Origin: Thermodesulfobacteriota bacterium
Lineage (GTDB): Bacteria; Desulfobacterota; GWC2-55-46; S146-70; JAUXIU01
Length of the DNA: 47,834 nt
Assembly (NCBI GenBank): GCA_046753505.1
Contig: JBHHTR010000001.1
Coordinates: 1-47,834, forward strand
Direction: 5' to 3'
Shown: piece by piece, positions 1-9,589 of the stretch
Layout: every line of letters begins with the position of its first letter
Position numbering within the stretch: the first letter of the stretch is position 1
Notes under the pieces: model-generated
The model's input: the letters and a program-made list of their open reading frames with translations, nothing else
What the model was told of the DNA's origin: nothing
Database searches by the model: none
Position numbers and translations under genes: made by a program

Positions 1-350
1 ACCGGCAGGTTTGACCCAAACTCAATCTTCTGTAAGGACCTTAGCAAAGGTGACGCCTGAAAATATGCATCACCTGGTCCGAGACAGCACATGGATGTCT
101 GGTCACGATGATCGTTGACCCTTTGATTGACTAAAAAGAACGAGGAGCAATGCTACGCAATAAAGAGTAGCTATCGGAAAGAAAAACCACCGAAGGCAAG
201 GGAAAGCTCCGTTTTCCGCTTGACTTTACTTATCATGGATGTCCCTAATTTGCTCTCTATTTTTTGTCCCGAATCTGTTAATCCGTATTTATCTGTGGTA
301 ATCCGTTTTCTGACTTCCTGCATCACCTTAATCTGGAAGAGAGAGCTCCT

Positions 351-1022
351 CTATATCTCCAGACTCTCCCCCACTTCCAGTATGACACCCTTCGTCGGAG
401 AACCTTCGAGCCCCTCGACAAATTTGTGGGGATCCTGGTTTATAACGTCAAAGGTGTTGTAGTGCATGGGTATTACCGTTTTCGGTTTTAGGAACTCCAC
501 CGCCTTCAGCGCGTCCGATATTCCCATGGTGAAGTTGTCGCCGATGGGGAGGAGGGCGACGTCGATAGCGTCGAGTTCTCCTATGAGTTTCATGTCTGAA
601 AAAAGTCCTGTGTCGCCTGCATGGTAGATGACTTTTTTATCCATGGTTATGACGAAACCACACGGGTTGCCAACCGCTCCCGACTCGGTTGTGGAGCCGT
701 GATGAGCGATGGTAAGTTTTACTCTGCCGAAGGGGAAGTCGTAGCCGCCGCCGATATGCATGGGGTGACTCTCGGCGCCCTTCTCCTGGAAGTAGTTTGA
801 CAACTCAAAGGGGGCGATGATGGTGGCCTTGTTCCGCTTGCTGATGGCTACTGCGTCGCCGACATGATCGAAGTGACCGTGGGTAACGAGGATGGTGTCG
901 ACCTCTATCTCATCCGGGGTAATCACTGAAAGGGGGTTGTCGGTTATGAAGGGGTCGATGATAATGCTGTGGTTTGCACTGTTAATCTGAAAACAGGAGT
1001 GGCTGTGGTAGGTTATCTTCAT
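351..1022 (-). CDS. UPF0173-type metal-dependent hydrolase (metallo-beta-lactamase fold)
   Basis: 223-aa ORF. N-terminus MKITYHSHSCF and zinc motif THGHFDHVGD are typical of the YtkL/UPF0173 MBL-fold family. Confidence 0.8.
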   Translation of the reverse strand: MKITYHSHSCFQINSANHSIIIDPFITDNPLSVITPDEIEVDTILVTHGHFDHVGDAVAISKRNKATIIAPFELSNYFQEKGAESHPMHIGGGYDFPFGRVKLTIAHHGSTTESGAVGNPCGFVITMDKKVIYHAGDTGLFSDMKLIGELDAIDVALLPIGDNFTMGISDALKAVEFLKPKTVIPMHYNTFDVINQDPHKFVEGLEGSPTKGVILEVGESLEI

Positions 1023-1089
1023 TGTGTAAGGCTCCTCTCTTTAGGGAAGGCCTGATCTATTCAGCCCTTATTCGATACAGGGATATTCC

Positions 1090-1530
1090 TCAATTTACCC
1101 CGCTTACCCGGACGCCTGATCTAATTAGGAGCGCCGTTGTGACTCCCACGCCTTTTACAACATCTCCCCCGCCCGATAGGGTTGTAACACCGCACGAAGG
1201 GCTCTTCTCCTTCAGGCAAGCTTCACTTATATCAAAAAGACGGACAACCTTCAAGATCTCTGCCGCGCCCCTTGTAAAGTTAGGGGTTACATCACTGCCA
1301 TCTCCGGAAATCACCCTGGAAGAGCCGTCGAGCACATCGCCGCCATTGCCGTTCTCTATCTCTGCCGCTGCTCTTGGGGTGGGGAGGCCTCCTAGCTGTT
1401 CGGGGCATAGGGGGATAAGGCATCGTGTCCGGGCCATATCGAGGATCGTCTCATTCGCGGCATCTGTTCCGTCGTAGCGGCACTTTATGCCGAGAAGACA
1501 GGCGCTTACTATCAGGGGGGGCTGTTTCAT
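1090..1530 (-). CDS. DUF523 domain protein (TudS-like thiouracil desulfurase family)
   Basis: 146-aa ORF. N-terminal VSACLLGIKCRYDG cysteine motif is characteristic of DUF523. Confidence 0.7.
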   Translation of the reverse strand: MKQPPLIVSACLLGIKCRYDGTDAANETILDMARTRCLIPLCPEQLGGLPTPRAAAEIENGNGGDVLDGSSRVISGDGSDVTPNFTRGAAEILKVVRLFDISEACLKEKSPSCGVTTLSGGGDVVKGVGVTTALLIRSGVRVSGVN

Positions 1531-1591
1531 ATCAACCCTTCATAAGGAATGCGGCGTGGAGAGTTGTGTTGGTTGGAGGAAGGCGAATCTG

Positions 1592-1951
1592 CTATTCAGC
1601 AGGGCTCTTTTCAGGTTGAGCTGTCTCTTTCGGCTCTTGCGGGAGAGCTGCTTCTACAGGACTCTCCTGGGCAGGGGCCTTCTCAATACTCTGAACCCCA
1701 TCCATTACCGACGACCTTCGCTTTGCAGAGGTCATGTAGGTCAGAGATATGGAGGTAATCATGAAGATAATTGCACAGGCAGCCGTTATCTTCCCGAAGA
1801 AGGTGGTTGGCCCGGCGCTGCCGAAGATGGTCTGGCTGGAAGCTCCGCCCAGAGAGGCGCCGATACTCGCCCCCTTTCCGGCCTGCAAGAGGACAACTAT
1901 GACGAGGACGACACTCACAATGATATGTAGAACTACAACAGCTGTAAACAT
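1592..1951 (-). CDS. secG: preprotein translocase subunit SecG
   Basis: 119 aa with two TM segments. LLQAGKGASIGASLGG...IFG motif. Located downstream of tpiA, as in many bacteria. Has a Pro/Glu-rich C-terminal tail. Confidence 0.8.
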   Translation of the reverse strand: MFTAVVVLHIIVSVVLVIVVLLQAGKGASIGASLGGASSQTIFGSAGPTTFFGKITAACAIIFMITSISLTYMTSAKRRSSVMDGVQSIEKAPAQESPVEAALPQEPKETAQPEKSPAE

Positions 1952-2028
1952 ATTACCTCCATAACCCAGCCACTATATAGCAACAGGATGCAATTATCAA
2001 TATATTTTTACAGGAGTGTACAAAAAAA

Positions 2029-2787
2029 TCAGAGAGGTCTGAATCTGACTATCCTGGTAAAGTCATCTGCCTTGAGGCTTGCCCCTCCGACCAGGGCGCC
2101 GTCTATATCAGGCTGAGCCATGAGGGTATCGACATTATCTGCCTTGACGCTTCCACCGTAGAGTATCCTCGTATCCTGAAGAGTCTCACGGTCGTAGGTT
2201 TCGAGGAGAAGTTTTCTTACGGCGCTGTGAATCTCCTCCGCCTGATCGGGGGTGGCGGTCTTGCCCGTTCCAATTGCCCACACCGGCTCATAGGCAATGG
2301 TGACATCTCTCATCTGAGCCGGAAGGACGCCCTTGAGCCCCTCTGTGACCTGTCGCTTCACAACGGCGAATGCCTCGCCACTCTCCCGCTCGTCGAGGGT
2401 TTCACCGATACAGAGTATAGGTTTCAGCCCGCCATGGAGGGCGGCGGCAAGCTTCCTGTTCACCATTTCATCGCTCTCGTTCATGATGTGTCTCCGCTCG
2501 GAGTGACCGATGATGACATACTCGCATCCCACATCCTGTAGCATGGCCGGTGATATCTCCCCGGTGAAGGCCCCCTTCTCCTCCCAGTAGAGATCCTGAG
2601 CGGCCAGCTTGATGGGTGTGCCCTCAAGAAGTTTCCCTACAAGGTGGAGCAAGGTATAGGGGGGGGCGATGGCAACCTCGGTGGAATTTGTGCCGTCAAG
2701 GGCCTCCTTCAGCCCTTCGATGAGACGTTCCGCCTCATCGGTGGTGCCGTTCATCTTCCAGTTTCCGGCGATAAATGATTTTGTCAT
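2029..2787 (-). CDS. tpiA: triosephosphate isomerase
   Basis: 252 aa. NWKMNG, IIGHSERR, AYEPVWAIGTG and YGGSV motifs. Confidence 0.95.
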   Translation of the reverse strand: MTKSFIAGNWKMNGTTDEAERLIEGLKEALDGTNSTEVAIAPPYTLLHLVGKLLEGTPIKLAAQDLYWEEKGAFTGEISPAMLQDVGCEYVIIGHSERRHIMNESDEMVNRKLAAALHGGLKPILCIGETLDERESGEAFAVVKRQVTEGLKGVLPAQMRDVTIAYEPVWAIGTGKTATPDQAEEIHSAVRKLLLETYDRETLQDTRILYGGSVKADNVDTLMAQPDIDGALVGGASLKADDFTRIVRFRPL

Positions 2788-2833
2788 AGTAGTTTAGACT
2801 CCCTGGTAGATTTTCTGTAATGGAGTGTCTTGC

Positions 2834-2878
2834 GGCAGGTCTGTTTAATTCAGACCTGCCGTGATACATGGACGTTAC
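2834..2878 (-). repeat. family-1 partial copy F (modules 1-2) with a compensated stem
   Basis: GGCAGGTCTGtttaattCAGACCTGCC GTGATACATGGACGTTAC in the tpiA-pgk spacer. Confidence 0.75.
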
Positions 2879-2909
2879 TTAATCGTGTTTTCGTGCCAGA
2901 TTTTGTAAC

Positions 2910-4112
2910 CTACGCTTTTTCCCTGCACCGCGTCAGCGCTGCAATCCCGGGCAGCTCCTTGCCCTCAAGGAGTTCAAGAAATGCGCCGCCTCCCGTTGAC
3001 ATGTAGCTCATTCGCCTGTGCTCTCCGGCGCGATGGACGGCTACATCGGTGTCTCCCCCCCCTATGATGGTGAGAGCGTAGGTGTTGGCAACATGGGTCA
3101 CCATGGCGAAGGTGCCTCGGCTGAAGGCGTCCATCTCGAAGACCCCCATCGGGCCGTTCCAGATGATTGTCTTAGCATTCTGTATGGCCTCTGAAAAGAG
3201 GATCACCGAGGCAGGCCCGATATCGAGGGCCATCCACTCCTTGGGTATCTCCTGGGCAGTGACCACCTTAGTCTCCGCCGCCTTGTCAAACTTGTCGGCC
3301 ACAACGAAATCAACGGGGAGGTAGAGTTTGGTCTTCTGCTTATGTACCCTGGCAATGACCTCCCTGGCTGACTCTAGGGCCTCTTCATCGACGAAGGATG
3401 TTCCCACCTCATGGCCAAGGGCCTTAAAGAAGGTTATGGCCATGCTGCCGCCGATGATGAGCTTATCGGCCTTTTCACAGAGGCTGAAGAGAACTCCCAC
3501 CTTGTCCGACACCTTTTTCCCTCCGATGATAGCGGTCAGGGGGCGCATGGGGTGCTCCATTGCCTGACTGAAGTAGGAGAGCTCCTTCTTCATCAGGAGT
3601 CCCGCAGCGCAACTGCTGATGTAGTGGGTGACTGCAACATTCGACGCGTGGGCCCTGTGGGCCGTGGCGAAGGCGTCGTTGATATAGACGTCGGCGCCGT
3701 AAGCGAGCTTCTTGCCGAACCCTTCGTCGTTCGCCGCCTCCTCGGAGTGGAATCGCAGGTTTTCGAGCAGCAGGACGCCGCCCTCCTCCATGCCGTCGAT
3801 CATCTTCTCCGCTTCCGCCCCGATGCAGTCGGGGGCCAGAGGCACCTCCTTTTCGAGGAGCCTGGCAAGTCTCTTGGCAACAGGGGCGAGGCTCAACTCC
3901 GGCGCACGTTTTCCCTTGGGTCTTCCCATGTGAGAGGCGAGTATAATCTTAGCACCCTCATCGAGGGCGTAATTGATGGTGGGAAGAACGGCGCGTATAC
4001 GCATGTCGTCCGTTATGTTGCCGCTCTCGTTGAGGGGGACGTTAAAGTCGGCCCTCATGAGAACGCTCTTACCCTTTATGTCTATCTCATCTATATATGA
4101 AAGGTTGTCCAT
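2910..4112 (-). CDS. pgk: phosphoglycerate kinase
   Basis: 400 aa. [20 protein letters not shown] and STGGGA motifs. Confidence 0.95.
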   Translation of the reverse strand: MDNLSYIDEIDIKGKSVLMRADFNVPLNESGNITDDMRIRAVLPTINYALDEGAKIILASHMGRPKGKRAPELSLAPVAKRLARLLEKEVPLAPDCIGAEAEKMIDGMEEGGVLLLENLRFHSEEAANDEGFGKKLAYGADVYINDAFATAHRAHASNVAVTHYISSCAAGLLMKKELSYFSQAMEHPMRPLTAIIGGKKVSDKVGVLFSLCEKADKLIIGGSMAITFFKALGHEVGTSFVDEEALESAREVIARVHKQKTKLYLPVDFVVADKFDKAAETKVVTAQEIPKEWMALDIGPASVILFSEAIQNAKTIIWNGPMGVFEMDAFSRGTFAMVTHVANTYALTIIGGGDTDVAVHRAGEHRRMSYMSTGGGAFLELLEGKELPGIAALTRCREKA

Positions 4113-4159
4113 CTCTTACCTCACGTAGTAAGGAACTGGCTGTAGTAATTAGCTACCAA

Positions 4160-4308
4160 GGAAGGTCTGATTTGTTCAGACCTTCCGCGATACATGGAAG
4201 TATCGCTATTTTCAGTGGCGGTAAGCCATTGAAAATGTGAGAAAAATAAAATCGCACTTTTATTTTTCGTCCTCTGAATGATTCAGGGACGAATTATTCA
4301 GAGGTTCC
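4160..4308 (-). repeat. family-1 structured intergenic element, full-length copy A (149 bp)
   Basis: The reverse complement aligns gap-free with 13284-13432, about 10 mismatches by hand. Five hairpin modules; see findings. Confidence 0.9.
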
Positions 4309-5316
4309 CTATAGTCCTTTAGAGATAATATACTTGGCGAGATCCCCCATTCTGCACGAGAAGCCCCACTCGTTGTCGTACCAGGTAAGAACCTTCGCCA
4401 GTCTGCCTCCCATGACCTGGGTTGAGAGAGCATCGAAGATGGAGGAGTGGGAGTTTCCCTTGAAGTCGATAGAGACGCACGGCTCCTCACAGTAGCCAAG
4501 GATGCCCTTAAGATCGCCCTCCGAGGCCTTCTTCATGGCTGCATTGATCTCCGAGGGTGTGGCGTCCTTCTCAAGTTCTACGGTCAGGTCCACGAGGGAG
4601 ACGCTCGGCAGCGGCGCTCTTACGGCCATGCCGTCCAGTTTGCCCTTCAACTCAGGGAGAACGAGTGAAACCGCCTTGGCGGCCCCCGTTGTGGTCGGTA
4701 TGAGGGAGACTCCAGCCGCCCTTGCCCTGCGCAGATCCTTGTGGGGGAGGTCGAGTATCTTCTGGTCGTTTGTATAGGAGTGGATGGTGGTCATCATCCC
4801 CTTCACTAGTCCAAAGTTTTCCAGCAGCACCTTTGCCATCGGTGAGAGGCAGTTTGTGGTGCATGAGGCGTTCGATATAATATGGTGTTTGTCGGCCTCG
4901 TACTTCTCATGGTTGACCCCCATACAGACGGTGATATCCTCCCCCTTGGCCGGAGCTGAGATTATGACCTTCTTTGCCCCTGCCGCAAGGTGCCCACCAG
5001 CTTTATCGCTGCTGGTAAAGAGCCCCGTACACTCCATGACGATATCGATGCCTAGCTCCTTCCACGGTAATTGTGCAGGGTTCCTTTCGGCGGTGATCCT
5101 TATCTCTCTGCCGTTGACAGCAATGGCATTTTCCCTTACCTCGACCTCCGCATCGAGGACGCCGAAAACTGAGTCGTATTTCAAGAGGTGGGCAAGGGTT
5201 TTCGCGTCGGTAATATCATTGACCGCAACAATCTCAAACTCACTTGCATTAATCGAGGCCCGTAATATGTTCCGTCCTATTCTTCCAAAGCCGTTGATCG
5301 CAATTCGTGTTGTCAT
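4309..5316 (-). CDS. gap: glyceraldehyde-3-phosphate dehydrogenase (type I)
   Basis: 335 aa. INGFGRIGR Rossmann motif, active-site SNASCTTNCL, WYDNEWG. Confidence 0.95.
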   Translation of the reverse strand: MTTRIAINGFGRIGRNILRASINASEFEIVAVNDITDAKTLAHLLKYDSVFGVLDAEVEVRENAIAVNGREIRITAERNPAQLPWKELGIDIVMECTGLFTSSDKAGGHLAAGAKKVIISAPAKGEDITVCMGVNHEKYEADKHHIISNASCTTNCLSPMAKVLLENFGLVKGMMTTIHSYTNDQKILDLPHKDLRRARAAGVSLIPTTTGAAKAVSLVLPELKGKLDGMAVRAPLPSVSLVDLTVELEKDATPSEINAAMKKASEGDLKGILGYCEEPCVSIDFKGNSHSSIFDALSTQVMGGRLAKVLTWYDNEWGFSCRMGDLAKYIISKGL

Positions 5317-5438
5317 GGGTGTAACTCCTCCTTTGCTGTTTGCCTATAGCTGGTTTATTTGGTATCTGTGGAGAGCCGCGTGTCAAGATATCTCATGGAT
5401 GTCGAAACTGCCGGGTAATGTGCCTTCCCACTCAACAC

Positions 5439-6137
5439 TCAGACGTAGTAGCGGGCCAACTCTTTCCTTACAACCTTGAGCGGCAGTTGCCCCGGCGCGG
5501 TTGTTTCCCCTATCGGCGCATAGGTCAATAGAGAGCCCAGTTGAGGAAAAAATATTCTTGAAGCCGCCCCTTTCTCCCCCATGGCTATGGTAATTAAATT
5601 TTTGTGCTCCATGGTGAGGGAGGCAAGTTTTCTAACATCCCTGTCATTTTTTACCATTGTAGCAATCTTGACGATATCCCCGCCGACACTCCTTCCATTC
5701 GTGACAACCTGCTCCAGCCTGCTCTGAGCGGGAGTGGAGCGAAAGTTGTGATGGGATATAATTACCCGCTTTCCCGCACCCTTTGCGATGCCGACCACAT
5801 CCATGAGTATTCCCTTCGAGCTTAATTCGATATCAACGGCGTCGGTAAGTGGAATAAGCGCCTCGAATAGAGCAACCCTCTCCCCGTCAGGAATATGGCG
5901 CTTGCCGCCCTCCTTGACGCTTCTAATGGTGGTAATGATGGGCAGCGTCCTCTTACGAATATCGCCGATAACGTTCGTTAGTGTGGTTGTGTCAGGTGAA
6001 TCAAGATGGTCTACTCTAATTTCGATGGCATCAATACCGACCTTCAGCGCGCGCCGCAACGCTCTTCTGTCGTTAAAATCTGTCATGACGCCGACAAGAG
6101 CCGGGTATCTACCGAGGGCTAGAGTGCCTAATTTCAT
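5439..6137 (-). CDS. aroD: type I 3-dehydroquinate dehydratase
   Basis: 232 aa. IEIRVD near the N-terminus and DIVKIATM (Schiff-base lysine context) fit the type I DHQase pattern. Confidence 0.75.
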   Translation of the reverse strand: MKLGTLALGRYPALVGVMTDFNDRRALRRALKVGIDAIEIRVDHLDSPDTTTLTNVIGDIRKRTLPIITTIRSVKEGGKRHIPDGERVALFEALIPLTDAVDIELSSKGILMDVVGIAKGAGKRVIISHHNFRSTPAQSRLEQVVTNGRSVGGDIVKIATMVKNDRDVRKLASLTMEHKNLITIAMGEKGAASRIFFPQLGSLLTYAPIGETTAPGQLPLKVVRKELARYYV

Positions 6138-6274
6138 AAAGAGTTTTCCTGGATCTCACGAAAAGCACCATAAAAATACTTGAACATCCAACAAAAGTCA
6201 AGAAATAAGGCAGACGGTGGATTTGTGGATTTGGGTTGACAGGGCGGCTTAAAATGATTTACCTTCTTTTAGTT

Positions 6275-7693
6275 ATGTTTAAGAAGGTATTGGTAGCGAA
6301 CAGGGGCGAGATTGCCACCAGGGTCATCCGGGCGTGCAAGGAGCTGGATATTGAGACGGTGGCCATCTACTCCGAGGCCGACGCGACGTCGCTCTATGTT
6401 AAGAAGGCGGATGAGGCGTACCAGGTTGGACCTGGCCCCATCAACGGCTATCTGAATCTCCACGCCATTGTTGACCTTGCCGACAAGATAGGGGCCGACG
6501 CCATACACCCCGGTTATGGCTTCCTTGCCGAGAACCCCCGCTTCCCCAAGGTGTGTGAGCGGCGGGGGATCACATTTATCGGTCCCTCCAGCGCTTCCAT
6601 CTCGAATATGGGCGATAAGGTGCGGGCCCGGACGATGATGATTAAGGCTGGAGTACCCCTTCTCCCTGGGAGTGAGGGGGCTGTCAAGGATCTCGACGAG
6701 GCTTCCAGGGTGGCCGCTGACATAGGGTACCCCGTTATGGTTAAGGCGTCGGCAGGGGGGGGCGGCAGGGGATTGCGGATTGCCAATACCGAGGATGAAT
6801 TACAAGGCGCCTTTGAGGCGGCCCGGTCGGAGACGAAGGGCGCCTTCGGCTCTACCGATGTCTTTATCGAGAAGTACCTGGTGGGGCCTCACCACATTGA
6901 GGTACAGATCCTGGCCGATAACCACGGCAATACCATCTATCTTGGAGAGAGGGACTGTTCGATCCAGAGGAGGCACCAGAAGCTGATAGAGATCGCCCCA
7001 TCGCTCCTCCTTGACGACACAACCAGGGTGAAGATGGGTGAGGCGGCGGTCAAGGCGGCGCGGGCGGCTGACTATACTAATGCTGGTACGGTCGAATTTC
7101 TTGTCGACGAGAAACTCAACTTCTACTTCCTCGAGATGAATACGAGGATTCAGGTTGAGCATACCATCACCGAAGAGGTGACCGGCATTGATATCGTGAA
7201 GAAGCAGATCGAGATTGCAGCTGGCAAGGAGCTTGACATATCACAGGAGGATGTGCTGGTCAGGGGGTACTCGATGGAGTGCAGGATCTGCACCGAGGAC
7301 CCAAAGAACAACTTCCTCCCCAGCACCGGAACGGTGACGGCCTACTACTCTCCCGGCGGGATAGGTGTGCGGATTGACGGCGCCCTCTATAAGGATTATG
7401 AGATCCCCGGCTATTACGACTCTATGGTGGTCAAACTGATCCTGACAGGAGGCGACTGGAACGAGGTGGTAGCGCGAATGCACCGCGCTCTCGAGGAGTT
7501 TGTCATCCGGGGGGTGAAGACCAACATACCGTATCTGAGAAAGATCATGCACGACGATGAATTCAGAGCAGGAAAGTTTGACACCGGTTATATCGGGAGA
7601 AAGCCGGAGCTTCTTGTCTACGACGAGTTCGAGGACCCGACAGATAAGGTGGCCGCCATCTCTGCCGCAATAGCGGCGTTCCATGGCTTTTAA
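6275..7693 (+). CDS. biotin carboxylase subunit of a two-subunit carboxylase (PycA / CfiA-like, AccC family)
   Basis: ATP-grasp biotin carboxylase: KVLVANRGEIA, GYGFLAEN, MVKASAGGGGRG, EMNTRIQVEH. Start moved from the TTG at 6236 to ATG 6275 (MFKKVLVANRGE), which matches the family N-terminus. Confidence 0.9.
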   Translation: MFKKVLVANRGEIATRVIRACKELDIETVAIYSEADATSLYVKKADEAYQVGPGPINGYLNLHAIVDLADKIGADAIHPGYGFLAENPRFPKVCERRGITFIGPSSASISNMGDKVRARTMMIKAGVPLLPGSEGAVKDLDEASRVAADIGYPVMVKASAGGGGRGLRIANTEDELQGAFEAARSETKGAFGSTDVFIEKYLVGPHHIEVQILADNHGNTIYLGERDCSIQRRHQKLIEIAPSLLLDDTTRVKMGEAAVKAARAADYTNAGTVEFLVDEKLNFYFLEMNTRIQVEHTITEEVTGIDIVKKQIEIAAGKELDISQEDVLVRGYSMECRICTEDPKNNFLPSTGTVTAYYSPGGIGVRIDGALYKDYEIPGYYDSMVVKLILTGGDWNEVVARMHRALEEFVIRGVKTNIPYLRKIMHDDEFRAGKFDTGYIGRKPELLVYDEFEDPTDKVAAISAAIAAFHGF

Positions 7694-7741
7694 CGGAATT
7701 TCTCGTCGCCCCTCTGCTCCATAAAAGTTACGGAGAGTATA

Positions 7742-9589
7742 ATGAGTGAGAATAAGAAACCGAGAGTACAGATTACCGACACGGTATTGAGAGACGCCCA
7801 TCAGTCCCTCCTCGCTACGAGGATGAGGACGGAGGACATGATCGATATCTGTGAGAAGCTCGACAGTGTCGGCTACTTTAGCCTCGAGGTGTGGGGTGGC
7901 GCAACTTTTGACGCCTGCCTTCGTTTCCTGAAGGAGGACCCGTGGGAGAGACTGAGAACCCTCCGCAAGGCCCTCCCCACGACGAAGCTGCAAATGCTTC
8001 TGAGAGGACAGAACCTTGTCGGTTATCGCCACTACTCGGACGATCTGGTGGAGAAGTTTATCGAACGTTCGGCAAAGAACGGCATCGACATCTTCAGGAT
8101 CTTTGACGCCCTCAACGATATCAGAAATATGGAGAGCGCCATCAAAACCGTGAAAAGGGTGGGCGGAACCGTAGAGGCTGCAGTCTGCTATACGACTAGC
8201 CCCGTCCATACTATTGACGGCTTTGTGGATATGGCGGCACGCCTCGCCGAGATGGGGGCGGACATCATCTGCATCAAGGATATGGCCGGTCTCCTGACCC
8301 CCTATGCATCATACGAGCTGGTTAAGGCGGTAAAGGAGAGGGTTGGCCTCCCTATTCACATGCACTCTCACGACACCTCCGGCCTCGCTTCAATGAGCTA
8401 TATGAAGGCGATTGAAGGGGGGGCCGATATTATCGACACAGCCATGTCGGCCCTTGCATCTGGAACCTCCCAGCCGCCTACAGAGAGCTTTGTCGTGGCC
8501 CTCAAGGACTCCCCCTACGATACGGGGCTGGACTTGACACTCCTGGCCGAGATTGCCGAATATTTTAAACAGGTTCGGATAAAGTACAAGCGGTTTGAGA
8601 CTGGCTACATGGGGGTCAATACGAGGACACTCATCTCCCAGGTGCCGGGCGGGATGATATCCAACCTGGCCCATCAACTGAGGGAGCAGAACGCCCTGGA
8701 CAAGATGAACGACGTTCTTGAAGAGATACCACGGGTTCGCAAGGATATGGGGTACCCCCCTCTGGTAACGCCGTCGAGCCAGATCGTAGGCACCCAGGCA
8801 ACGCTGAACGTTCTTACAGGAGACAGGTACAGCGTAATAACGAGTGAGACGCGAAACTACTTCAAGGGACTCTACGGCGCTCCACCGGCTCCTGTTGACG
8901 ACCAGATCTGTAAGAAGGCTATTGGCGATGAACAGGTCATTACATGTAGGCCGGCAGACCTTCTTGCACCTGAACTTGACCGCCTCACCCGCGAACTTGA
9001 CGGAAAGGCAAAGGGGATCGAAGACGTTCTCTCCTACGCCCTTTTCCCCAATGTGGCCCTCGAGTATTTTGAGCAGAGGGAGGAGGGAACACTCACTCCT
9101 GAACCGATAGAGGAGCCCGAAGAGGTCACCCAGGGAGAGCCCTTACTGCCGTCACTGGCTCCTAGTGAGTTCAATATAACCGTCCACGGCGAGTCGTACA
9201 GGATAAAGGTTGCCGGGGCCGGCCACAAGGCGGAGGGGAAGAGACCCTTCTTCCTTAAGATAGACGGCATGCTCGAAGAGGTCATGATCGAGAGCTTGAC
9301 GGAGGTGCTCCCATCCACCGCCGGTGAGATAGAGGGAAAGCCGATGACCCAGTCAACACTTCCAAAGCCCCGGAAACAGGGCGATATTACGGCGCCGATT
9401 CCGGGGAGAATAACCAGGGTGGCCGTTAGCGTTGGTGATGAGGTTCTAGCCGGAGATACCGTCCTCGTTGTGGAGGCCATGAAGATGGAGAACGAGGTAC
9501 ATACCCCCATAGACGGTGTCGTCAAGGAGGTCTACGTCAAGGAGGGTGACGCTGTCAACCCTGATGAGACGCTGGTAGTAGTTGAGTAA
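7742..9589 (+). CDS. carboxyltransferase + biotin carboxyl carrier subunit (PycB / oxaloacetate decarboxylase alpha-like)
   Basis: 615 aa. N-terminal TIM-barrel carboxyltransferase (ITDTVLRDAHQSL). C-terminal biotinyl domain with EAMKMENE. Sits directly downstream of the biotin carboxylase. Confidence 0.85.
   Translation: MSENKKPRVQITDTVLRDAHQSLLATRMRTEDMIDICEKLDSVGYFSLEVWGGATFDACLRFLKEDPWERLRTLRKALPTTKLQMLLRGQNLVGYRHYSDDLVEKFIERSAKNGIDIFRIFDALNDIRNMESAIKTVKRVGGTVEAAVCYTTSPVHTIDGFVDMAARLAEMGADIICIKDMAGLLTPYASYELVKAVKERVGLPIHMHSHDTSGLASMSYMKAIEGGADIIDTAMSALASGTSQPPTESFVVALKDSPYDTGLDLTLLAEIAEYFKQVRIKYKRFETGYMGVNTRTLISQVPGGMISNLAHQLREQNALDKMNDVLEEIPRVRKDMGYPPLVTPSSQIVGTQATLNVLTGDRYSVITSETRNYFKGLYGAPPAPVDDQICKKAIGDEQVITCRPADLLAPELDRLTRELDGKAKGIEDVLSYALFPNVALEYFEQREEGTLTPEPIEEPEEVTQGEPLLPSLAPSEFNITVHGESYRIKVAGAGHKAEGKRPFFLKIDGMLEEVMIESLTEVLPSTAGEIEGKPMTQSTLPKPRKQGDITAPIPGRITRVAVSVGDEVLAGDTVLVVEAMKMENEVHTPIDGVVKEVYVKEGDAVNPDETLVVVE

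Noticed and set aside
1-60. Possible C-terminal fragment of a plus-strand gene (…TGRFDPNSIFCKDLSKGDA*) ending at position 60.
   Set aside because: Only 19 codons are visible, which is too short to identify or to distinguish from chance.
127-462. A 111-aa plus-strand ORF at the left edge, and a 50-codon minus-strand ORF at 171-323 (MQEVRKRITTDKYGLTDSGQKIES...).
   Set aside because: The 111-aa ORF overlaps the 3' end of the MBL hydrolase gene and has no family resemblance. The 50-codon ORF has an AAGGTG upstream but no recognisable features. Left unannotated as unsupported.
4207-4237. The segment TATTTTCAGTGGCGGTAAGCCATTGAAAATG (and GGCGGTAAACCATTGAAAG at 40169-40187) resembles the 3' end of CRISPR repeats that finish in ATTGAAA(G/C).
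   Set aside because: There is no tandem array and no unique spacers. The motif is always embedded in the same larger conserved repeat unit, and no cas genes are in the window. It is treated as module 3 of the family-1 element.
4268-4308. Idea that the family-1 module 4-5 carries a promoter (TTGCAT...GATACT in copy C).
   Set aside because: The spacer is 19 nt, the -10 is weak, and the putative -35 is not conserved in copies A and B (TCGCAC). Not supported.
6236-6274. N-terminal extensions given by the ORF track: 6236 for the biotin carboxylase, 13546 for the ALDH, 34424 for glyA, 37444 for ribE and 44636 for trpD.
   Set aside because: Internal ATG codons with better SD sequences reproduce the canonical family N-termini. 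The extensions overlap upstream genes or are non-homologous.
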